Shown: piece after piece, positions 51,961-64,000 of the stretch
How positions within the stretch are numbered: the first letter of the stretch is position 1
Layout of the letters: every line of letters starts with the position of its first letter
Assembly (NCBI RefSeq): GCF_963921235.1
Contig: NC_086108.1
Location: 9,052,001-9,116,000, forward strand
Origin: Mobula hypostoma
Lineage: Eukaryota
DNA: 64,000 nt
Direction: 5' to 3'
The notes under the pieces: generated by a model
Database searches by the model: none
Told to the model about the DNA's origin: nothing
What the model saw: the letters and a program-made list of their open reading frames with translations, nothing else
Program-made: the position numbers and the translations under genes

Positions 51961-53952
51961 AAAAAACAGAAAACTAATAAAACTTGTAATCAAAAATCTC
52001 ACTAAACTAATCCCTATGCCCATACAATGTCCATACCCTTCCATTCTCGGTATACTCAGATGCCTAAGAATCTCTTAAACATTTCCATCATATCTGCCTC
52101 CTCCACCACCCCAGGCACCCACCACTCTTGTGTGTAAAAAAATCCCTGACCTGGCCATCTCCATTGAACTTGAAGTGCATGCTGTGTAGTAATTAAGACA
52201 TTCAATCCAGGGAAGATTACACTGTCTTGTCCTATCCACCCCACCTACGCCACTCATAATCTTACTCCTCCCAGCCTCCAGTTCTCCAGAGATAACAATC
52301 CAAATTTGCTCAACCTCTCATGATAGCACATGCCCACTAATCCAGAAAGCAACCTAGCAAACCTCTTCTGCACCCTCTCCTATGCCTCCACATCCTTCCT
52401 ATATTGGGATCATCAGCACTGAATGCAATGCTGCAGATGCGGCCTAACTAGATTTTTATAAAGCTGCAATATAATTTCCTGACTCCTGAACTCAATAAAG
52501 GCAAGCATACCAAATGCCTTCTTGTATACCCCATCAACCTGAGCACCTGTTTTCAGGGAACAATGACTTGTACCCCAACACTGTTAAGGTCGTCAACCGC
52601 ATAGTGTCTCTTTACATGCAATCTGACAACGTTTTAACCCTCATATTTGGCAGGGTTAAACACCATGTACCATTTCTCTGTCCATATCTACAACTGATCT
52701 ATATCCTGCTGTGTCTTTTGGCAACACTCTACACCATCCACAACACCACCAATCCTTGTATAGTCTGCAAACTTACTAACTTACCCACCTGCCTTTTCAT
52801 CCAAGTGATTTACCAGGAACAGCCGACATCCTAATACCAGTCTTAGCGTGTGTCTAGTTTGTCCAGTCGTGGAACAATCAGCCTCTCTGGGTCCAACAAA
52901 ACCTGGCCATTTTGTCAATAATAAGTGGAGCTTAGGAGGATTAGTGGTGCCTAATGGCGACTCCTTTGTTTGCATCTTTGGAAAAAGCTCTATCTCCATC
53001 TTTAATATCTCTATTTTTCCCTTTCAGGGTTCTTTTGAAGGCCCTGAACTGGAGTTACACACTGACTACAGTTCTTTGCAGGAATGGAACCCGTTCCCAG
53101 GGTTTTACAACCGGCCGTTGTGGTTCGGCATGCCAAAGGCTCGGCCTAAGAATCCGGCTCAGATTCGGAAGCCGAGGATCTCGGGGCTCCGGAGACAGAC
53201 AGATCGAGGGTCGGTGTCACGACAGGAGACCCATATGTCGTCTGGGGAGTCGGGATATCTGCGGCCATGTGCCCAGTTTTTTGGGCACAGAGCTCGAGAA
53301 AAGCAATGTAACGGACTTCTAACATCGTAAACCAGTGAGTTGTTTGTTATGTCTCCCCACTCGCTGGGAAAACGGGAACACCTCCTTCTCCCTTATTAGG
53401 GGGAGAGAGAGAGCCTGTGGGATGTTGAATACCGGGTGAAATGCAAAGTCTTTGGGGTAACTGCAGGTCTGTGTCTTTGCTATTGCTTTGCTCACACTTG
53501 AGAGCTTGGTGGCGGTGCTGATGCGTTGTGGTTTTGCCGGTGGGGAGACGGGGAATTGTTGCTTGCTGCTGCTTACATGCTGGGGGGGCACTTTGGGGTT
53601 CTAACATTTAACTGTCATTCGTTCTTTGGGGCACTCCTCTGTTTTCATGGATGGTTGCGAAGAAAAAGCATTTCAGGATGTATATTGTATACATTTCTCT
53701 GACATTAAATTGTACCTCTGAATTCCCTCACCCATGATGTGCCTCCAGTCTCATCCAGGGATACCCCTGTCTGCTTGGCTCAGCTGTTCACAGGCCGATC
53801 CAGTAACAGAAGCCAGTAGCCACTGGGCGGGCAGGTCACTGGCCTGAAATCTGTGCGCTTCAGGAGTTCTCTAGCCAACTCACACTCCCTTCCCCACTGC
53901 CACCTCCCATGGCAAGATGACAGGATCATCAGAGAACAGGGAGCCCTTCTAC

Positions 53953-54079
53953 CGCGGGTCCTGACAAATGATATAACATGTAAATCGCCTTCAGAGAAAG
54001 CCATTGTCTGATGTAACCTGTGGTTCACCTGCGCCAGTGGCCGAGACATGATGGGAAATCCGACATAAAGCTGAGGGAA
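53953..54079 (-). other. BICRA: Candidate upstream BICRA exon (5' UTR or N-terminal extension)
   Basis: Strong acceptor cctctctctaccttacag|TTC and weak donor CGCG|gtagaa. 127 nt, open and in frame with the canonical ATG. Sequence does not look repetitive. Confidence 0.5.
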
Positions 54080-54589
54080 CTGTAAGGTAGAGAGAGGATT
54101 GTGATGGGTAACTGGAGCTACAGATGTGTGAGCAGTCTTCAAACACAACTAGTTTTATGCAGCTGCTGTTGGGTGCAGGAGTGCAAGTTAAGATTTAATT
54201 ATCATTGAACCATACATAAACATTGCCAAATGAAACTGCATTGTTCCGGGGCCGAGGTCCAAAACACACCATCATCAGCACACAGCACATATAGTTACGA
54301 TAGCAGGCGACATACAGTCACACAAAAAAAATATAACCCCATGACCCTGAAATGGCATGCCCTGTAGAACGATGGTGTACGGGGATGTTGTACTGGTCCA
54401 GCTTGTTCTTCTATCGAGCAACCACAGGAGGGGAGTGGCGAGACAGCACCCGAGAGAGTAGCACTGAGTGAACACCAGAGGGCAGCACTGATGGGAGGGC
54501 CCAGCCCCAACCCAGCACGGACTCAGGCTACAGAGTGTCACAAATACATGTAGTATTGGATCATCTTTCTCAATAAATAAATAAATGAA

Positions 54590-54741
54590 CAAAAATAATG
54601 TTTTTGTGTTATTTATTTAACTGGGTTCTCCTTATCTAGTTTTCAGACTCACCGTGAAGATCTGATCACATTTTAGGCCATACTTATGCAGAAATAGAGA
54701 AAATTCTACAATGTTCACAAACTTTCTAACACCCCACTGTA
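54590..54741 (+). mobile_element. Tc1-like right terminus remnant
   Basis: Similar to 390-523; ends ttcacaaactttctaacaccccactgTA. Confidence 0.6.
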
Positions 54742-55527
54742 TTTAAAGTAGAGGTTGGTAGGTTCTTGACACAGTAAATTTCAAATTGTCCCATTCAGGC
54801 CTAAAGATTTAATCGCTGCTAAGGATCTCTTACTCTTGTGGGATAATGGTGGGGGTGGGGGAAGGGACAGTGGTCACTCTGCTTGGCAGGTGAGAGACTT
54901 GTGGCTGTGAAACAATCTCAGGCTCTGGGATCTCCTCGGGACTGGTTGTACGAGTTGTACCGTGGAGAGCATTCTGACAGGCTGCATCACTGTCTGGTAT
55001 GGAGGGGCTACAGCTCCCTCTTGGGCACTAGCCTACAAAGTACCCAGGACACCTTCAGGGAGCAGTGTATCAGAAAGGCAGTGTCCATTATTGAGGACCT
55101 CCAGCACCCAGGGCTGCCCTTTTCTCACTGTTACCATCAGGGAGGAGATACAGAAGCCTGAAGGCACACACTCAATGATTCAGGAACAGCTTCTTCCCCT
55201 CTGTCATCCGATTCCTAAATGGACATTGAATCCTTGGACACTACCTCACTTTTTTTAAAAATATACAGTATTTCTGTTTTTGGCATTTAAAAAAAATCTA
55301 TTCAATATACGTAATTGATTTACTTATTTATTATTACTATTTTTTATTTTATTTATTACTATTTTTTCTCTCTGCTAGGTTACATATTGCATTGAACTGC
55401 TGCTGCTAAGTTAAATTTCACGTCACATGCCGGTGATAATAAACTTGATTCTGAGATTGCAGGAAGTGGTTCTGATAATCCTGGGCACCTTTCTCCTCGA
55501 ATCATCGACTTTGCTCTCTCAAGGGAG

Positions 55528-56180
55528 GGAGAAGATGGCGGCGCAATGCAGGGTGTGCGGCCTCTCCGGTGAAACGATATCGCATTTGTTAAATAGGGGC
55601 CGTGCACATTCCTGATTTGATGGAGACAGACGTGAGAGCACAGAGGAACATCTGGAGAAACTTCTGAAATGCCCGCTTCGCTGCCGCTGCTACTGTGCGA
55701 TCGAGAATCTCCGGAGGGCAAGGCCCAAATCCTCGGCTTTGCCTGTTGCTGGCAGCCGGGGCCGGGGTGGAAGCGCTCGGCAGAGATGGTGCTCGGTGTC
55801 GGAGGCTCGAAGTTTTAGGATGGACTGAGTCGGACTGTGGTTGGGTGCTTCCAGGGTGCTGCATCGGCAAGTTTGCAGCACTGGAGGTTCATGGCAGGGA
55901 GAGTTTTTCTTCCTTCTACCGTCTGTGTGAGATGATGGGACTTTCGAGAGACTTTGAGACTTTTTTTTAAACCGTGCCCATGGTCTGTTCTTCATCAAAT
56001 TCGGTATTGCTTGCACTGTTGTAACTATATGTGATGATTATGTGGTTTTTGTCAGTTGTTTAGCCTTGGTCTGTCTTGTGTTTCTGTGATATCACACTGG
56101 AGGAACATTGTATCATTTCTTAATGCATGCATCACTGAATGACAATAAAAGAGGACCTGAGTGTCCTCATAATAAAAAAA
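55528..56180 (+). mobile_element. Probable non-coding retroposon with LINE-like 3' tail, abutting the truncated Gypsy end
   Basis: GC-rich 5' part, GT-rich 3' part, aatgacaataaa and a terminal A-run. No recognisable ORF. Confidence 0.45.
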
Positions 56181-59100
56181 ACTGATCAAAGTGTCGTCAC
56201 TAGACGCAATCCCCACTGTGTAGGAGTGGTCCAGTTTTATCCTTAATCTTCCCAAGTACCTCTGTAGTCCCTCGCAAGGACTGCTTGCCCAGGGGTGAAA
56301 CATCAAACCTCCTTGTTTAGGGAATCCTCAATATGCCTCGGCTGTTTGACCTGCACACTCCTTCTGAGATTGGGATTAAGGAGATCCAAGCGAAAGTGCA
56401 AAGGAAGATCCAGGAAACCAAAATAGTCGGTGAGTTGCTGGTTGCGGAGTGCGCTGTATTGTGGTATGCAAGGAGGAAACTGGTGAACTTGTGATTCAGT
56501 GTATCGTGCTCTGCTGTCATTGCTTGCAGTGCGTTCTTTAGTCTCTGGACAACCCTTTCTGCCAAGCTATTTGTAGCTGGGCGGTACAGTTCAGATGTAA
56601 TATGTCTTATTCCATTCATTCCCAGGAATGACTGAAACTGTTCCACAACAAGCTGTGGTCCACTGTCTCTGAGCAAGTATTCTGGTAGAGGCTTCTCAAC
56701 ACAACAACAGTGTGCGAGGCTGTAGTGCAGTCTATTGGAAACACTTCTGGCCACTTTGTAACTGCATCCACTACTGCCAAGAACCACACGAATCCCCCGC
56801 CAGGGCAATGCAGAACATTGCTGGGAATGGAGAGGCACTGCTCTCGGCAGCTCCTGCACGTGGTGGCATCCTGAATGCTGCATGGCAAGTTGCTCGATGT
56901 GCTGATCCATCCAGGGCCACCAGACAAAGCTTCAAGCCAATGCTTTCACTTTGAACACGCCCAGATGACTGACACGTAGCTCCTCCAGCATCTCAACTCT
57001 CAGCTTGGCTTGTACAACAACTCTCAATCCCCAACTAAGGCAACTCCTGTCAAGGGCAAGTCCATCCTGGTAAAAAAAAATGGGGGAACTGGAAATCTGC
57101 TGCACATTCCAGCCAGTTTGGGTGGCCAAGTAGATCTGAGACAGTGTGTGATCTTCTCTAGTTTCCTTTCGGATCATCTCTGCCATAATAGGGAGACTTT
57201 TGATCTGCGTTGGTGAGAATACGTCAAGAGCGTGTTCACTTTTGTAAATTTTTCAAGTAATTCCTTTTTCAAGGGTAAACAGGACAATCAATCAGCATTT
57301 CTACAATTAATCGTCCTCTTGACTTCAAATTTGTAATTGCGTCCTGCAAGAAACAGGCCCCATCTCTGCATTCGTGCTGTTGCTGTTAGTGGAACACCCT
57401 TCTGTGGATTAAAATGGACACCAGTGGTTGACGATTGGTAATGAGGATAAACTCTCTCCCACACAGGCATTGGCTGAAACGTTCTACACCCCATACCAGA
57501 CAAGGCCTCTCGGTTCATCTGTGTAATCTTTCTCTGCAGTGGTAAGGGAACGTAATGTAAAAGCTATGGGCCGTTCACTTCTATCATTTATAACATGTGA
57601 TATGACTGCACCTACAGCATAAGGAAAGTCGTCACAGGAAGGCTTCACTGGATAATGCGGATCTTCATGTGTCAGTACACCGTCTGCAGTTGCCATTTCC
57701 TTTGCCTTTTGGAAAGCCACCTCACACTGCTTTGTCCATTGCCATTTCTTCCCAATCTGCAGTAATGAGTTCAAGGGGTGCCAAGGGGTACCGGATATAG
57801 TAACTGACAAATCCCGAAAAAGACCTCAACTATAACATGTTCTTTGTCCCCGGGGCATCCAGCACTGCTTGAATTTTCTCAGCATACCTGTGTAATCCTT
57901 GTGCATCAATGGTGCGACCACAGTAAGTGATGCTTGGCTTAAAGAATTCACACTTGTTGTACAATGCTCTGAGCCCATAATCCTCTAATTGTTTTAAAAC
58001 TGTCTTGAGATTTTGGAGATGTTCCTTGTCATCCTTACCAGCAACAATCACATTATTCAAGTAACAGTGAGTGCCCGGGCAGCCTGACAGCATCTGGTCT
58101 ATAGCTTTCTGCAAGAATGCAGGTGCAGATGCTACTCAAAAATAAGACTATTTGTGAGCATTAATGGTAAGCAACACTTTTCTTCCATATCCATTTGAAG
58201 ATAGACCTCAGCTAAGTCCACTTTGCTGAAGTGTTTTCCTCCAGAAAAATTTGCAAAGATATCCTCTACCCTGGGGAGAAGATATTGATCTACTTTTAGT
58301 ACTGGGTTGATGGTGACCTTAAAATCACCAGAGATCCTGACAGACCCATTCCTCTTGGCTACTGGGACCACTGATGTTGCCCATGGGCTCCACTCAAACT
58401 TTGAAAGAATTTCTTCAGTCTCCACGCAATCTAGCTCACTACTTTATCACAGATGTTATTAGTAACCAAACGGGCTTTGTAAAACTTGGGTGTGGCATTT
58501 TCATTTAACACTGTTAATGAAATGTTTGAGTTGATAGGTTTGAGTTTTCCAGTGCCATCCTTGAAACAGTACTGTGGTATCATCCAGTACCTTCCTTAAT
58601 CACTTTCAGTTGACTCCATTGTGGGGGACATGGCATGCAAATAGTGGATAGATCTCCAATCACAAGTTGTAGTGGTCTCACCCAATCAGAGCCCAACAAT
58701 GCTGGCCCTCCTGTTCTCACCACATAGAAGCCCAATGTGACTTGTTGGTTATTGTATTTCACTGTTACAAATGTCATTCTCACAAGAGTTATCTTTTCAC
58801 CATTACAAGTTCTTAGACAGAGGCTTTTGTCCAGTCTCTTTGAAATGCCATTCAAAATCATTTTGTGGAATGACTGAATCAGCCAAGCCAATGTCCAGTT
58901 CCATTTTAATTAATTTGCTGTTCACTTCTGGGGTAAGCCATATTACTCATCTGTTGTTAGTTTTCACATTGTAAATCTCAAGGCTACCCATTCCTGCATC
59001 ACTCTCATCATTACCATATTTTTCATCAATGGTAGGCAGATTAGAGCTCTTTTTGAAGCTGCAACGTGACTTTTTATGTCCTCAGTGCAGTCTATTTATT

Positions 59101-59804
59101 TTTGTCTGCCCGACATGCTCTTTGTATGTGTCCTACTTCGTTAACATTTTCAAGTTTCACCTTTAAACCTGCATTGGTCCGGTGTACGTGAGGCCCTGCC
59201 GCAATGGTAGCAAAATTTATTTGGCCAGGCAGGTTTCTGCTTAGAGGTTGCAACTGTGTTCAGGCCAACTTTCATATCTGACTGCAACTCAATTGTGTCT
59301 CTGGCTGCTGTTTCCATATATACAGTGATTTCAACGCTCTTTCAAATGTGAGTTGTGCTTCAGTTAGGAGCCATTTTTTGAATGCTTTCTTGCAAGATTC
59401 CACAAGCTAAGTGATCTCTCAGTGCATCATTAAGCTCATTGCCAAACTGATAATACTTGGTCTTCAATTTAGCCACATACACTGAAATAGACTCCCCTTC
59501 CTATTGATTCTGCTTATGAAACCTAGTGTTCTGCAATCAACTATGGTTTCAGTTCTAAGTGTTCTTGTATTACATTCATGATATCAGCAAAGCTCATTTC
59601 AGCTGGTTTGGTTGGAACAAATAAATTTCTAAGCAAACTGTATGCTTTTCCATGCATTGCACTCAGTAAGACTGGCACTGGCTTTCATGGCCCATTTCAT
59701 TTGCTTCAAAATACTGCCCAATTCACTCAGTATACATCATCCAGTTATCATTTGTGTTAGCGAATGCATCTATCTTTCCAATGTAGCCAACCATTTCTGC
59801 TTTT

Positions 59805-59835
<31 letters not shown>

Positions 59836-60244
59836 CACAAGATTATTTTCACCTGTTAGTCACTGTTTATGAACCTGTGAATTTCATCCGTTTTCTGCTT
59901 TTTAAAAAAAATATAAACACGACTCTCTCTCTCTCTCCCTCCCTCCCCCACTCTTCCAAAGAAATACAGAGGTAGTCATCTCAGGTTCATTTTAAAACTA
60001 CCTTGTTGCCACAGTTATGTTTTGTAACTCCAAAAAACTCAGTGAAAGAGAAACATAGAAGCTGGCGATACTCGTGTACTCAGCTTCTTTTCTTTAGTGA
60101 GGCACTCACATACGATCTGGTGGCATAATGATATATGGCATTCATGTACTTCTTACATATAACCAGAATAAACTATGTAAGCAAACAAGAATGCTTAATC
60201 AAACAATACATCTACAACATTACTGAAATATTAAATACACAACA
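56181..60244 (-). mobile_element. Degenerate Ty3/Gypsy LTR retrotransposon (gag-PR-RT-RH-IN), 3' LTR missing
   Basis: Gag knuckle CYHCGRASRTPDQC (59171-59212). RT SPWATSVVPVAKRNGSVRISGDFK...FSKVDL, with YLNN in place of YLDD. RNase H ERPIAF. Integrase FLAVVDAVTKWPEVF and DSGPQ...NSLAERVVQRLK. The order RT-RH-IN indicates Gypsy. Many frameshifts. Confidence 0.93.
60013..60244 (-). repeat. 5' LTR of the Gypsy element, followed by a PBS-like site (60001-60011)
   Basis: Minus strand begins TGTTGTG, ends AAAACATAAC(T), then TGGCAACAAGG. No partner LTR is present to confirm the boundaries. Confidence 0.6.
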
Positions 60245-61799
60245 GTATTCCTTCTCTTCTCCCCACCTTCCCGTTCAGGCATATTCCCATTTTTTTTCCA
60301 GTCCTGATGAAGAATGTCGGCCCAAAATGTTGAATGTTTATTCCCCTCCCATGAATGCTGCCTGACCTGAGTAGCTCCAGAATGTTTTGTGTGTGTTGCT
60401 CTGGATTTCCAGCACCTGCAGATTCTCCTGTGTTTGTGAAAAGAGAAAAGAGGCTGGATTTCCTGTTTTGTTTACTTATTATGTTTGTGTTGCTCTGCTC
60501 AACATTGTGGCCATACCTCAATAAGTTGGCATGAGTGAGTGGCGACACTGGTTGACTGCCCCCAGGGTTAGGTCGTTAACAGAAACAATGCATTTCACTG
60601 TCATGCATGTGATAAAAAAAAATCAAATCTGGAAATTATTCAGATCTGAATCTAAATTATTTTATAAACTTCTATCAAGTCTCCCTTCGGTTTCCTGACT
60701 CTCCAGAGAAAACAAGCCAAGTTTGTCCAAACTCACCTTATGCCTATTGTTTAATGTTAATTTTGGTTTGCAAAAAGATAATTTCAGTTTTACAAACCAA
60801 GTCCAACAGAGGCAAAGCCCTCCCAACCATTGAGCACATCTACATGAAATATTGTTTTGATGTTTATCTTTAGAAGCTTTTTGTATGACGCATAGCTCCG
60901 GGGGTGAACACCTAATGGGTTTTATTTTTCTCACTTTTCCTTGCTTTAGTAGGGTTTTTTTCTCTTTTTTTCTGTCACCAAAATTTTTTCAACCTTTAAA
61001 ACAATGGTTTTTTTTCTTGCGACATTGTAAGTATTGCCTACTTCAATGTACTCTTGTTAATTTTGGATAATAATAATAAAAAGATGTGAAAAGAAAGAAA
61101 TATTGTTGCAGGAAAGCAGCATTCATCATCAGGGTCCCCCATCGCCCAGGACATGTTCCCATCTCACTGCTGCCATCAGGCAGAAGATACAGGAGCCTCA
61201 GTACTTGCACCACCAGGTTCCAACTTCACTTGCCCCATCAGTGAGGGAACTGTACCCACAACCTATGGGCTAACTTTCTAGGACTCCTCATGTCATGTTC
61301 TTGATATTTATTGATTATTTATTATTATTGTTTCTTCTTTTCGCAATTGCATAGTTTGTTGTCTTCTGCACTCTGACTGATTGCCATAGTTTGGTGGTCA
61401 TTCATTGATTCTGTTATGGTTGTTATTCTATGGATTTGAGGAGGATACCTACAAGGAAATGCATCTCAGGGTTGTACATGGTGACATATGTGTTACTTTG
61501 ATAGTAAAATTTACTTTGAACTCAACTTCATCCAGCAACCCTTGTTGTAAGTTTTGATTGCAACATTGCACCCTCTAACTATACTCTAGTGGGTATAGTG
61601 TGAACAAAGGCAAACTACTGGAGATGGTGCTGAGCTGTGACCTCTGCTGAATCACAGCTCACATTTAGTTGCTTTTATGAAGTTTCTGAGGATCGTTTGG
61701 GTGATAGAGGAGGGAGTTAGGGCTTAGGGATAGGAGTGTGGGGTTAAAGGATTCTATGTGTGTGGGTGGGAGGGAGAAATGGGACTTAATTTGCTGTTG

Positions 61800-62375
61800 C
61801 AACACAGACAAAACACAGGAGGAACTCAGCAGGTCAGGCAGTATCTGAGGAAAAGAGTAAACAGTTGACATTTCAGGCTGAGGCCTTTCTTCAGGACTGA
61901 GAAGGAAGGGGAAAGACTCCAGAATGAAGAGGTGGGGGTGGGGAGGGGAAGGAGGATAGCTGGAGGGTGATAGGTGAAGCCAGGTGGGTGGGAAAGGTCA
62001 AGGGCTGGAGAGGAAGGAATCTGATGGAAGAGGAGAGTGGACAATAGGAGATAGGGAAAGAGGAGGAGTTCCAGGGGGACATTACAAGCAGGTGAGAAGT
62101 AAAAGGTTACAGTTATGAATTTTGGTGGGGGGGGGGGAAGAGTTCTGCTCTCCGGAAAGAGAAATTAATATTCATGCCATCAGGTTGGAGGCTACCCAGC
62201 CAGAATATAAGGTGTTGCTCCTCCAGCCCGAGGATGGCCTCATCCTGACACAAGAGCGGCCATGGACCAACACGTCAGAATAGAAATGAGAATACGAATT
62301 TAAATGTTTGGCCACTGGGAAGTCCTGCTTGTGGCAGATGGAATGGAGGCGCAGGGTGAGGCGGTTCCCCCAATT
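61800..62375 (-). mobile_element. Penelope-like element 3' fragment (GIY-YIG endonuclease C-terminus plus terminal repeat)
   Basis: LGNRLTLRLHSI...FPVAKHLNS...QDEAILGLEEQHLIFWLGSLQPDGMN, typical of the vertebrate PLE ORF end, followed by a hammerhead-bearing repeat. Confidence 0.8.
61862..61899 (-). ncRNA. Minimal type I hammerhead ribozyme motif (core intact)
   Basis: CAGTC-CTGAAGA-A-AGGC(CTCA)GCCT-GAAA-TG-TC-AACTG: CUGANGA and GAAA cores, 4-bp stem II, GUC triplet, stem I 4/5 paired. Confidence 0.65.
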
Positions 62376-63686
62376 TATCACGGGCCTCACGTTGTCTTTG
62401 CTGTTGTTGCCCATCGTGTTCTGTGTTTTTCTGCCAAGCATTGGGGGTATGCTCTGTAGGCACTTGAATGAGTGGCAACACTTGCAGACTACCCCCCCCC
62501 CACACCCTTAGACACATTGGTTGTTAACGCAAACAATACATATCATTGTATGTTTCGATTTACGTCTGTAAATAAATTTTAGTTTTGAACTAATCACAAC
62601 TTAACACACAGTGACTGAGTATAACCAGCCCATCCCCGTCATCTCTTGGTGGGGCAGGGAAGGAGAGGAATCTGGGAGAAGAGCTTAAGAAAGCAGAGAA
62701 GTGTACGAGGTGGTTACCACAATTGCCTACAGTGCCGGCAATCATCGATTGGGGTTCAATTTCACTGCTCTCTATAAGGAGCTTGTACCTTCCTCTCGTG
62801 ACTGCATGGGTTTTCCCCCACAGTTCAAAAATGGACGGGCGAGGGTTAGTGAATTGTGGGCACGCTACGGTGGTGTCAGAAACGTGGCGACTCTCGCGGA
62901 CTGCCCCAGCACGTCGTGAAACAATCACCCAAATGGCACGTTTCTCCACAGACGTGACAAATAAGGCTAGTCTTTGAATTGAAAACTCTGCCTTGGGTTT
63001 CCCCGCCATCTACAGGAGTCTGCGTCACTGAAGCAAGGTTCAGAATCAACCTTGTTGAGTTACCTGCATGAGCAGACATCATAGAAATCCTGGAACGCGC
63101 CTGGGCTTTAAGCGTCTCCTGGTCCCCTATTGCAGTGTAGAATCTGCCAGAGGTTGCTGGATACCCACATTACGTCGCGTGTCAGCTGCGTACAAAGCTT
63201 TACCTGCACAGAAAGACATTATTACAAGCTCGTACACTCTCAAGGCTTAGTACAACTGCTCTCTGCCCATGCCCAGCGCTATCGTCCTCCACCCACTCCC
63301 CTCTGGCCAAGTCTCACACAACTTCCATCGACCCTATTTATTGATCTGGGGACACAGCATGGGGCAGGCCTTTCTGGCAGAGCAAGCCACACCATACAGA
63401 CTGAACCCGAGCCCAATCACAGGGAATTTTCCCAATGACCAATGAGCCTACTCACCGGTACGCCTCTGGAATGTGGGAGGGAAGTGGAGCACGGGAAGGA
63501 ACTCACAACGGGGATGCCGGAATTGAACTCTGAACTCCGCTGCCCCGAGCTGTAAATGCATCAAGGCAGACCCTACGCTACCGTGCCACATGCCTAGATA
63601 ATTTACAATGCTCAATACACCCAAGAAGCACACTCAAAATGCTGGAGGAACTCAGCTGGTCAGGCAGCATCTATGGAAATGAATAA

Positions 63687-63724
63687 AAGTCAACGTTACG
63701 GGCCAAGGCCCTTCATCAGGACTG
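63687..63724 (-). ncRNA. Minimal hammerhead motif, core mutated (GAAA to GTAA)
   Basis: CAGTC-CTGATGA-A-GGGC(CTTG)GCCC-GTAA-CG-TT-GACTT within a PLE-type repeat (about 63625-63727). Confidence 0.5.
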
Positions 63725-63727
63725 GAA

Positions 63728-64000
63728 ATATAGAACATAGAATAGTACAGCACAGTACAGGCCATTCGGCCCACAATGTTGTGCTGACCCTCAAACCCTG
63801 CCTCTCATATAAGACCCCACCTTAAATTCCTCCATATACCTGTCTAGTAGTCTCTTAAACTTCACTAGTGTATCTGCCTCCACCACTGACTCAGGCAGTG
63901 CATTCCACGCACCAACCACTCTCTGAGTAAAAAACCTTCCTCTAATATCCCCCTTGAACTTCCCACCCCTTACCTTAAAGCCATGTCCTCTTGTATTGAG
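63728..64000 (-). mobile_element. CR1 3' end (runs off the window); sister copy at about 2797-2985
   Basis: Tail atagaacatagaatag and close similarity to 2797-2985. Confidence 0.8.

Noticed and set aside
52848..53720. 160-aa and 122-aa plus-strand ORFs
   Set aside because: No recognisable protein. The region ends in a LINE-like tail and looks like a non-coding retroposon, too uncertain to classify.
56317..58425. Domesticated or functional Gypsy-derived gene
   Set aside because: Catalytic residues are mutated and the ORF is broken by multiple frameshifts and stops.

Overview
Eukaryotic genomic DNA, not prokaryotic. The repeat content (V-domain/HE1-like SINEs, abundant CR1, Penelope-like elements) suggests a cartilaginous fish, probably a ray; this is inference. 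The window holds the 5' part of one protein-coding gene on the minus strand, BICRA (GLTSCR1, ncBAF/GBAF subunit). I could splice eight coding exons in frame with canonical GT-AG sites: 49257-49297, 44774-44816, 43211-43276, 27877-29757, 20310-20546, 8863-9597, 5916-6132 and 1462-1604 (3363 nt, 1121 codons). The exons for the C-terminal GLTSCR1 domain lie beyond position 1. The introns are dense with decayed CR1, L2/Rex-like, RTE, Penelope-like, SINE and Tc1 fragments. A dead Gypsy element lies at 56.2-60.2 kb. Main observations: (1) an 11.4-kb 23-bp variant-repeat minisatellite that grew from a single site inside a LINE fragment and fills about 85% of one intron; (2) a candidate 6-nt in-frame microexon with neural-type splicing signals; (3) a candidate upstream exon giving an in-frame N-terminal extension; (4) several minimal hammerhead-ribozyme motifs in Penelope-like repeats, plus two short fold-back insertions with target-site duplications. 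No database search or computation was run, and repeat boundaries are approximate.
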